Shown here piece after piece: positions 53,335 to 61,307 of a DNA stretch of 64,000 nucleotides. The notes beneath the pieces were generated by a model. That model was not told where the DNA came from. It searched no databases and saw only the letters and a program-made list of their open reading frames with translations. A program made the position numbers and the translations under genes. The DNA lies in assembly GCF_009914755.1 (NCBI RefSeq), contig NC_060929.1, one strand, 5' to 3'. The stretch comes from the human T2T-CHM13v2.0 reference genome, Homo sapiens. How positions within the stretch are numbered: position 1 is the stretch's first letter; every line of letters starts with the position of its first letter.

Positions 53335-54779
53335 GTGGGCTGGTTCCTATCTAGGAAGAGGGTGGGCCTTAGATCCCTACAGCTTGCCCTCTGCCCCCTA
53401 GGCCCAGGTGGAGGGCAGAGGTGGGGACTCCAGCCCAGGCCCAAGCTGGAAGAGGGTGGGGACTTTCAGGGAACTGGGGGGCACCTGGCTGTGAGAGCTG
53501 TAGGACTTGGGGGTGGCAAGGGTGCCAGGACAAATGGTAGGATAGCCATGGGCTTGGGGAAGCTGATCTCTGCTCTTTCCAGCTGTCCCCTCTCTGGGCG
53601 TCCCAGCAAGCGGCCCCCATTCCCTGGCTCTGCTTCAAAGGCACCTCCATACTGGGACCACGTGGAGCAGGGTAGAGGTGGGACTCCTTCCTCCAGCCCC
53701 CTAAAAAGAGCCTGCTTAATGCCTTTCTCAGACTGGCCCTAAAGGACACATTCCTTGGCCAGATATCCTTGCCACCTAAGAGACACCACTACTCCACAGT
53801 GTGTGGGCTAGGATAAGGCACAGCCTGGGGAGGGGGCTCTGAAGGGGCTGAACAGACAGGCCAGCCTGACCTCCAGCTGCTCCTGCACTGAGCTGGATGG
53901 CCACCCTGTGACACCCATCTGCAGAGGGCCCAGAACCAAAGGTGCCAGGGCTGCAGGACTCAGGGGGAGATGGTCCGACGGGAGGTCTGGGGAGGGAGCG
54001 CACAGCCAGCACTGGTCTGTGTGTGGTCTGGCCTGGCCTCACCTGACCAAGAGAAGGGCTCCTGCCCACAGAGAAACTTTAGGGCCAGCCCACCCTCTGC
54101 AACTACCCCAGCCCTGGGGTCCTGGGGTTAGGCTAGGAGAGTCCCAGCTGCAACCTCCTGGGAGCAGGAGAGAAGGTGTCTGTCAGATTTAGGCCTGGGA
54201 CCGGAATGCAGGAACAGAGAAACTGAGGTTTGGAGGCACAGGGACGCAGGCTTTAGTGATCCCGGCCTGAGGCAGGGTCAGAGGGCCCTGCTGGTGGGCG
54301 CTGGTAGGTGGGTGACCAGGGACTGTTAGCTACAGGGAGTGTGCTTCCTTGCACCTGGGAGGATGCAGCCAGCTCTGCCCTCAGACTCCCGAGGCACTTC
54401 CTGGCCAGGGACCTGAAAGCTGCATTTGCCTGTGTTTTGAGAGTGAAATGATTCAGAAACAAGGACTCAAGTGGTCTCTCTCGCGGAGCAGGTGTCCCTG
54501 TGCCTGAATCACTCACCCTCCCCCATACACTCACAGGTTGGGACAGGGCCTCTCTGCGCCCCAGGCTTCAGCCCTGCCCTCCTCGCTGAATGTCAGGGAC
54601 ACAGGGCAGGCCAGGGATGGGTGAGACGAGAGGTCTCCTCGGGCGGGGAGGGGGCGGGGTTCCGCCTTAGGGAGGAGAGGACACGGCCAAGTGAAGGGCC
54701 AGATTGCAGGATCCCTCCCACTCCCATCTCTGGGGCTTCGGGTGTCCAGACCTGACTCCCGCTCCCCCTCCTCCCCCAG

Positions 54780-54879
54780 CCTACTTCTCCCTGCAGGTGA
54801 TCTCGGCGCGCAGGGCCTTCCGCGTGTCGCCGCCGCTCACCACCGGCCCACCCGAGTTCGAGCGCGTCTACCGAGCCCA
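54780..54879 (+). CDS. LTC4S: LTC4S exon 2
   Basis: ccccag|CC ... CCCA|gtgagg; 100 nt; [34 protein letters not shown] (MAPEG FERV motif). Confidence 0.98.
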
Positions 54880-54981
54880 GTGAGGCGCGGCGGGAGGGCG
54901 CGGGGCGGGGAGCGAGCCCCAGGCGGGTCCGGGTCGCAGGACCATCCCGGCCGGCGCGCTCATCCCACCCGCCCACCGCAG

Positions 54982-55052
54982 GGTGAACTGCAGCGAGTAC
55001 TTCCCGCTGTTCCTCGCCACGCTCTGGGTCGCCGGCATCTTCTTTCATGAAG
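54982..55052 (+). CDS. LTC4S: LTC4S exon 3
   Basis: ccgcag|G ... AAG|gtcggg; 71 nt; [23 protein letters not shown]. Confidence 0.98.
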
Positions 55053-55136
55053 GTCGGGGTGTGGGGCAGGGGCGCACGCGCTGGACCCCCGGGACCCGCG
55101 CAGGGCGCTCACCAGGCCCGTGCGTACCTCTCGCAG

Positions 55137-55218
55137 GGGCGGCGGCCCTGTGCGGCCTGGTCTACCTGTTCGCGCGCCTCCGCTACTTCCAGGGCTACGC
55201 GCGCTCCGCGCAGCTCAG
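55137..55218 (+). CDS. LTC4S: LTC4S exon 4
   Basis: tcgcag|GG ... CAG|gtgagg; 82 nt; [28 protein letters not shown]. Confidence 0.98.
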
Positions 55219-55448
55219 GTGAGGGCCGGGCGGGGAGCGGGGCGGGGCCGGGGAAAGATCGCGGGCGGGCGGGGCTCCTGGGGAGCGGGACCGAAGCTGG
55301 GGGCGGGCGACGGGCCGGAGCCCAGCGCCTTTGGGGATTCGGTGGGCGAGCCCTGGCGGCGGCCAGAGGAAGTCCCCGTGGGGCCAGGGTTGCGGCGGGG
55401 AAGAAGCGGGCCTCCTCGCGCCACCTCCCCGCTGACCGCCGCCCGCAG

Positions 55449-55590
55449 GCTGGCACCGCTGTACGCGAGCGCGCGCGCCCTCTGGCTGCTGGTGGCGCTG
55501 GCTGCGCTCGGCCTGCTCGCCCACTTCCTCCCGGCCGCGCTGCGCGCCGCGCTCCTCGGACGGCTCCGGACGCTGCTGCCGTGGGCCTGA
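55449..55590 (+). CDS. LTC4S: LTC4S exon 5, coding part (stop TGA)
   Basis: ccgcag|G; [46 protein letters not shown]. The joined CDS is 453 nt, giving 150 aa. Confidence 0.98.
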
Positions 55591-55686
55591 GACCAAGGCC
55601 CCCGGGCCGACGGAGCCGGGAAAGAAGAGCCGGAGCCTCCAGCTGCCCCGGGGAGGGGCGCTCGCTTCCGCATCCTAGTCTCTATC

Positions 55687-55692
55687 ATTAAA
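55687..55692 (+). terminator. LTC4S polyadenylation signal (variant ATTAAA)
   Basis: The only A/T-rich hexamer after the LTC4S stop, about 100 nt downstream of it. Confidence 0.75.
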
Positions 55693-56817
55693 GTTCTAGT
55701 GACCGAGACCCGGGCTGCGTTCTCTGGGTCCGCGGGGGTGGCGCACCGCGGGCTACGGAGCCTGGAGGGGCCCAGCCCGAGTCCGGGCAGCCCGGGGCGG
55801 GCTTCCTAGTGGCGGCGTGAGAGTGGCTGCGAAGGAACGAGCCCTCCCCCTGGGGCGGGACTGGATCCGGTCTTCACCTCCTACCCCACTCCCTACTCAG
55901 CCTCGGGGTCACAAGGCCGCCCAGTCCTGCCGGGGTTCACCCTCCTAGCGCTCAGCGGTCTCCTCACCGGTCCCCCTCCTCAGGGGCCTTCCCTCGACTC
56001 TCAGCCGCCGCAGTCCCTCGTCCCCTGGCCTTCACAGCTGACACTAGATAGAGCCTGTGGCTCTCTCCCCAGGTGAGGGCAGGGGTTTTTCTTTTGGTCA
56101 GCACTGGATCCCCCTCGTTAACTGTAGGTGTTCAGGGCAGCCCTCCGAGGTCCGCAGAGCTGCGGGCACCATGGGAACGAAGTGAGTCAGTGACAGGCGG
56201 TCTCAAGGAAATGTCCAGAAGCCTTGGGGATCCAGGGGAGGCCCACAGAAACAAAGAAGTGACTTTTAGCCAAGTATGCAGGAGAAACGGAGAAAGGAGA
56301 GCTTTCCAAGGAGGGGCAACAGTGTGTGCAAAGGCCCTGAGGTGAGCGGGAGACCCTAATGTGCCAGAGGAGTGTCGGGGACCCAGGATGAGGACCAAGC
56401 TGAGACACACGGAGGGGAACAAGGAGGCTGGGAAATGCCTTCAGCTTGAGGAGCTAAGGGAAGGCCTCATCGCAGGCCTTGGACATGGGGGAGACATTCG
56501 GGGGACCTGCTATAGGCATTGTGGTCCCAGATTCTGAGCTGGTTTCACCAGTGACAGACTTTGCGGCCTGATCCTAGGAAGGGGGGTACGCTGGCGCCGA
56601 GGTGGCACTGCAGCTGCACAGCCAGGGGCTGGACCCCGCGCCTGCAGGCCAGGCTGGCTCCTTGACTTAGCAGGGAAAGGTCGCTGCTGATGCTGGCTGG
56701 GGAGGCCCAGTGCCAGGCTTAGTTGGCATGTTGGGGCACAGACCAAATGAAGCCAACCGCAGGGGCAGAGGGAGATGCCCAGGGCGCTCACATTTGAGGC
56801 ACACACTTCATTAACCC

Positions 56818-56823
56818 TTTATT
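56818..56823 (-). terminator. MGAT4B polyadenylation signal AATAAA
   Basis: tttatt on the + strand, about 420 nt past the MGAT4B stop, followed on the minus strand by GT-rich gtgtgtg. Confidence 0.8.
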
Positions 56824-57240
56824 ACAAGTCACGCTCTTATAGAAGTATATGTGGACTTACGTGAAAAAATCAAATGTATCCAAGAATAAAAAACACAGCA
56901 CATAAAGTAGTATATGCATTCCAGTGTTCGCGCCAGAGACGGCGGGCGCCCAAGTAAAAGCTCTTCTAAAACGGCCTGACTGGGGCAGGCCGGGTGCGAA
57001 CGGTTCCGGGCCTCAGGCACAGTGTGGGGGCCGCCTGCCTCCTCCGCGGCCCGGCGGGCGGGGGCAGCACCAGCTCCTAGGGCCTCCGGGCCAGCGGCGG
57101 ACCCCAGGCCGGCCCAAGCCCGACGCCAGGCAGAACCCTTTGGGCGGGGCCGTATCTGGCCCTCCGGGGACGGCAGTGACGACACCCCCAGAAATGTGGG
57201 CTTCAGGGCTGGCCACAGGGTACCCTCAGAAGCCCGCAGC

Positions 57241-57264
57241 TTAGTCGGCCTTTTTCAGGAAGAT
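57241..57264 (-). CDS. MGAT4B: MGAT4B (GlcNAc-transferase IVb) exon 15, coding part
   Basis: ttccag|ATC; IFLKKAD*TAA. Confidence 0.95.
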   Translation of the reverse strand: MFLKKAD

Positions 57265-57360
57265 CTGGAAGAGCCGGACCCAGGGTCAGCAGGGCCTCTG
57301 AGCTCCGCCAGGGTCTCCCTGGCTGCTCCCCGTGCCTGGCCTGGCCCTGCCCAGCCTCAC

Positions 57361-57473
57361 CTCGCTCAGAATCACCCACACAGGGGAGTCCGTCTGGATC
57401 GAGAGGCGCAGTGCTTCCAGAGGGCCGAAGGCTGGGTCCACCTCTCCCTCTGCCACTCCCTTGTAGAAGGAGC
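57361..57473 (-). CDS. MGAT4B: MGAT4B exon 14
   Basis: cacag|GC ... GAG|gtgagg; GSFYKGVAEGEVDPAFGPLEALRLSIQTDSPVWVILSE. Confidence 0.96.
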
Positions 57474-57542
57474 CTGTGGGAGGGCAGTGGTGAGAGGGTG
57501 TCCCTGAACCCCAGCCCACGCTCTCCCCCAAACCCTACCCAC
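57474..57542 (-). ncRNA. MIR1229: MIR1229 mirtron precursor (entire MGAT4B intron 13)
   Basis: The 69-nt intron GUGGGUAGGGUUUGGGGGAGAGCGUGGGCUGGGGUUCAGGGACACCCUCUCACCACUGCCCUCCCACAG has a G-rich 5' arm pairing with a C-rich 3' arm. The 3' arm matches my recollection of miR-1229-3p. Confidence 0.9.
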
Positions 57543-57630
57543 CGATCTGGAGGTAGCCGTCGGGGCTCCGAGGGTACCGGAGGGTGGCGGTGCGGCCCTC
57601 CTGCAGGGCCTCCTTGTCTGACTGAGGGTT
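57543..57630 (-). CDS. MGAT4B: MGAT4B exon 13
   Basis: ccccag|AAC ... ATCG|gtgggt; NPQSDKEALQEGRTATLRYPRSPDGYLQI. Confidence 0.96.
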
Positions 57631-57708
57631 CTGGGGGCAGAATCAAGGGCTGAGGCAGGTGGTCACAGGAGGCCCGGCTTCAGTGCACACCACACCCACC
57701 GAACTTAC

Positions 57709-57787
57709 GTCGAAGGGCAGCACCTCCACAGACGTGTTGAAGAGCTTGTCCTCCGGGTGCTCGATGTTCCCACTGCGGAAGAAGAAC
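57709..57787 (-). CDS. MGAT4B: MGAT4B exon 12
   Basis: tgcag|G ... GAC|gtaagt; FFFRSGNIEHPEDKLFNTSVEVLPFD. Confidence 0.96.
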
Positions 57788-58123
57788 CTGCAGCCAGGCA
57801 GGCCTGTGAGCTGCTGCAGGGGCAGCGTTCCAGCACAGCACCCAGGGCCCAGCAGAGAAAGGCCAGGCCTGCGCCAGGAGGGCCCCCCAGGCAGCTGTCA
57901 GGCTGTGCAAAGAGACCAGGGCCTTCCTCTGGGAGGATGGTGACAGGAAACATCCCTGAGCTCCTAGGGGCTGCCTGACTTAGTCCTCACAAGGTAGCTA
58001 CCATTACGAGGCCCACTTCAGATGCGGAAACTGAAGAACGTGAGGATAACTTGCCGGTGAAGCCTACACCCTGGGGGCCACCCAGCCCCGCCCCCATCGC
58101 AGACCCATGGTGCTGGCACTGAC

Positions 58124-58317
58124 CGCTCCAGTCTTAGAGGTTGGAAGAAGCGGAAGCGGATGAAGTCCCCCGCGGCAGGGGTGAAGGCCCAGAAGAAGTC
58201 CTCGCGCAGGTAGGCTTTCTCCAGGGTGAAGTGCTGGTATGTCTTCAGGCTCGTGCTCACCTCTGCTGGCGGGTTCACATGCTCCTTCCGCAGCGCCTGC
58301 TTTCCAAAGTCTTTGTC
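58124..58317 (-). CDS. MGAT4B: MGAT4B exon 11
   Basis: ctgcag|GAC ... GCG|gtcagt; [36 protein letters not shown]...QPLRLER. Confidence 0.96.
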
Positions 58318-58398
58318 CTGCAGCGGAGGAGGGACAGCAGTGATGGCGTGGGCCCCGACCTTGATCCCGGCCTAGGGAGAGCGTGCAGTGCAGCCCAC

Positions 58399-58506
58399 CT
58401 TCAGTTTCTGGATCTTGCCAGCCAGCGAGGAGTGAGTGCCCACGTGCTGGAAGAGGGACGGTTTGAAGCGGATCCGCAGGTTGGCTTTCTGCCGGTCACA
58501 GTGCTT
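58399..58506 (-). CDS. MGAT4B: MGAT4B exon 10
   Basis: cacag|AAG ... AAG|gtgggc; [36 protein letters not shown]. Confidence 0.96.
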
Positions 58507-58701
58507 CTGTGGAGGGTGGGCAACACCCCAGGGCTCGGCTTAGCCCTCCTTCCTCAACACGGCCTCTCCTGGGGACTACCAGGGCCCTCCCACAGCTGAC
58601 AGTGCTCTATGTGAGCAGATGCAAGGACAGGGACACAGTTTGGGGTGGAGGCTGCCTGCCCCTTGGCCCTGCCCCTGCCAGTCCCGCCAGCTCTTGCTCA
58701 C

Positions 58702-58832
58702 CGCATCCTTCTCGGGGTTGCAGACTTTCACCCACAGAATATGGTCCAGGAGCCAGTCGATGGGCTTGTCCCGGTAGAACATGAGAATGAACTCTACAAT
58801 CAGGCTCAGGTCCAGCGACTTGAACATCTTAC
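58702..58832 (-). CDS. MGAT4B: MGAT4B exon 9
   Basis: caccag|GTAAG ... GCG|gtgagc; [44 protein letters not shown]. Confidence 0.96.
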
Positions 58833-59149
58833 CTGGTGGGGAGGGGCCTGAGTGGGCAGTGCTGCTCTGCCTACTTCCTTTCTCCCTGCAGCGGCCCCCG
58901 AGTCCCACAGCAAACCCAGGGGCAGGCTTCAGGCAGGTGTGGGCATAACGGGGCAGGGAGGCAGACAGGTGATGAGGGCAGACATGTCTGATGCACAGGC
59001 AATGAGAACAGGCCAGGTGGGGCTGTAGCACGCACACCAGGCAGGGCCCACCTGGGCAAAGGCTCACAGTGGACACAGTGGGACTGGGAGAGAGGATGGC
59101 AGAGGCAGGTGGGACTGAAAGGCACCGTCAGGTAAGGGGAGGGGCACAC

Positions 59150-59264
59150 CAATGAAGCCCAGCTGGGAGAACTCCAGGATCATCCAGTCCTCTGAAGGCT
59201 GCTGCAGTGCAAAGTTCTTCATGGTGCTCAGGTAGTTGGGCTTGGCCACGATGTCATCCTCCAG
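59150..59264 (-). CDS. MGAT4B: MGAT4B exon 8 (EDD metal-binding motif)
   Basis: tcgcag|CTG ... TTG|gtgtgc; [38 protein letters not shown] (GT54 family). Confidence 0.96.
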
Positions 59265-59379
59265 CTGCGAGGTGAGCAGAGAGGGGCTGGGGCTGAGGAA
59301 GGGCACCCAGATGGACCAGACCCATCGCAGGGCAGGGCGGCGCAGGGCAGGGCAGGGCAACGCAGGGCTTGGGGCTGAC

Positions 59380-59455
59380 CTGCACGTAGTAGATGCCTTT
59401 GGACTGCGCGTACATCATGAGGAAGCAGTAATCGAGGTTCTGTTTGGTCCTCCAC
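59380..59455 (-). CDS. MGAT4B: MGAT4B exon 7
   Basis: cacag|G ... CAG|gtcagc; [25 protein letters not shown]. Confidence 0.96.
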
Positions 59456-59679
59456 CTGTGGGCCGGGGCGGGGCCTCAGAATTTCAGACCCCTCCACCTC
59501 CATTGTGGCTCCGCAGAGAAGCCGCTGGGTGGGCAGCTTCTGTCCCCCCACCCCCATGCACGGGTCCTCCCATGGAGAATTCAGGGCACTGCAGGGAAAC
59601 ACCCTGGACTCAAACACCAGTAGATGGGTTCTCAGCACAGGCAGGCGGGTTGCTGAGGGTATGGGGGAGTAACTAGTAC

Positions 59680-59793
59680 CTGACTCTCTCCTTGGGGTCC
59701 CCAAAGGACTCTCGGAGGCGGGAGAAGTCAGGGTAGAAGTGGGGGGAGGGTGAGATGACCTCCAGGAGCCCAGAATGGATCTCCGTGGGGAAC
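59680..59793 (-). CDS. MGAT4B: MGAT4B exon 6
   Basis: ccccag|G ... CAG|gtacta; [37 protein letters not shown]. Confidence 0.96.
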
Positions 59794-60102
59794 CTGGGGG
59801 ACGGGAAGGCCTAGTCCGTATGCAGCCTCCAGGGGCTGAGAGGGGCCGAGCCCACCAGACTGTGGCCCTTTCTTGAGGCTCACCCAGTGCCAGCCCCCCA
59901 CCACCCCCTACACCCAGCCAACTGAGGTAGCAGAGCTCCAGAGGGGCTGGGCCACTTCTGCACACCCACCCCTCCCCCACCAGGTCCCTGCCTCCCCACG
60001 AGATAGGAAAGGCACTATCTCATGGGGAGGCAGGAACCTGCCAGCACAACACCCCGCACCGAGCTCTCCCGCCACCAGCTCTCTGGGGTCGCCAGTACTC
60101 AC

Positions 60103-60149
60103 AAGGCCTTGATGTTCTCTGTCACTGCCGAAGTGTACTGTGAGTCAGT
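60103..60149 (-). CDS. MGAT4B: MGAT4B exon 5
   Basis: ccacag|ACT ... CTT|gtgagt; 47 nt; TDSQYTSAVTENIKAL. Confidence 0.93.
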
Positions 60150-60529
60150 CTGTGGGGAGACCAAGCACCCTCCCTTAGCCCTGCTGCTGCCCCAAAAGGC
60201 CTGGAAGGGCTTGGAGAAGGGGCACAGGCTTCAGATGCCCCCCACGTGGAGGGAGTGAGCCTGCTGTGCTGAGGGCGGAGTAAGGGGGCCCCCAGAGACG
60301 GCCCTTTCCCTTTGGGACTCGCATGGCCAAGGACTAGGGGGTGGCGGGGGCGATGGGTAGGGGTAGAGGGTGCCAGAAAGCCCTTTCAACTTTCTATCTC
60401 GGAGCATTTGCGAATGAAACTAGCAACTGAACTTCCGACAGCTTTCTCCTCGGAATGGTTCCTGCTGTCAGTTCTGCACCGCGGGGGCTCCTCTGAATGT
60501 CCCCCAACCCCGCGTCCCGGCTCACTCGC

Positions 60530-60663
60530 CTCGGCGATCAGCACCACGATGACCGAGTCCTCCTTCTCCTGCGGGCTCAGCTCGGAGATGAGCGAGTGCA
60601 GAGTGTCAGTCAGGTACGAGTGCACCTCGCGCCGCACGCTCGGGATGCCCATCACCACCGACA
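60530..60663 (-). CDS. MGAT4B: MGAT4B exon 4 (GC donor)
   Basis: ccatag|TG ... GAG|gcgagt; [45 protein letters not shown]. Frame continuity requires the GC donor. Confidence 0.94.
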
Positions 60664-60749
60664 CTATGGGGGACGGAGGCCCGACGCTGGAAAGGGTGCG
60701 GGGGCCACCCGTCCCCCCACCCCGTGCTCCTCCCTGTCTGCGCCCATAC

Positions 60750-60890
60750 CTCCGGTGCGGCCCTGGCCCACGCGCACCGCGGGCTGCAGACTGCTCTCCT
60801 TGGCCAGCAGGTGTGGCAGGTGATGGAAGACGGTGGGCAGGTGCAGCACGTGCCGGTGTGAGCCGTTCCACGGCTTCAATCGGGGGTCCT
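60750..60890 (-). CDS. MGAT4B: MGAT4B exon 3
   Basis: acccag|AG ... GAG|gtatgg; [47 protein letters not shown]. Confidence 0.96.
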
Positions 60891-60979
60891 CTGGGTGGGT
60901 CGGGAAGGATCGGGACTGAGACCAGGGAACCTACAACCAGCCCGCCCCCGCCTTTTCCCCCTCCCGCCCCAGACCTCAC

Positions 60980-61165
60980 CTGTTAGGCGGCCCCAGGTGC
61001 GATTGCCGTCTCCGTCTCGCAGCGCCTGCCTTTCTGACACGGCCCTCTTGATCTCGTCCAGCACCAGGTTGAGCTCCTTGGAGCGCTTGAGGCTCTCCTG
61101 CTCAGCTGCGTGCAACCGATCGCGCAGCGCCAGGAACTCCCGCTGGTAAACGTCCACAACGTCGC
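60980..61165 (-). CDS. MGAT4B: MGAT4B exon 2 (coiled-coil stem)
   Basis: ctgcag|GC ... CAG|gtgagg; [62 protein letters not shown]. The canonical TM-encoding exon 1 lies beyond the window. Confidence 0.96.
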
Positions 61166-61307
61166 CTGCAGGTGGTAGGCAAGCCGTCACGAGGGGGCGG
61201 TCTAGAGCCACCCTACGGGCCCCTCCAGTGTGCCAGCGCACACATCTGGGTGTCCACCTCTGCAATAGCTCATTGACATCTGTTCTTGTGCCTGCCACAC
61301 GTGACAT
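61166..61307 (-). CDS. MGAT4B: Alternative in-frame 5' extension of MGAT4B exon 2 (alternative N-terminus)
   Basis: The ATG at 61307 opens MSRVAGTRTDVNELLQRWTPRCVRWHTGGARRVALDRPLVTACLPPA in frame with exon 2. This matches my recollection of an annotated longer isoform. Confidence 0.6.

Larger units (their letters stand above)
54630..56030. promoter_or_regulatory. Intragenic/3' CpG island over LTC4S exons 2-5 and downstream
   Basis: Very high GC and CpG density, multiple GGGCGG boxes and G-run-rich introns. Boundaries by eye. Confidence 0.8.

Noticed and set aside
57631-58398. MGAT4B introns 10 and 12 have 3n lengths (81 and 78 nt), suggesting in-frame retention
   Set aside because: Both contain in-frame stops (TAG and TGA) when translated.
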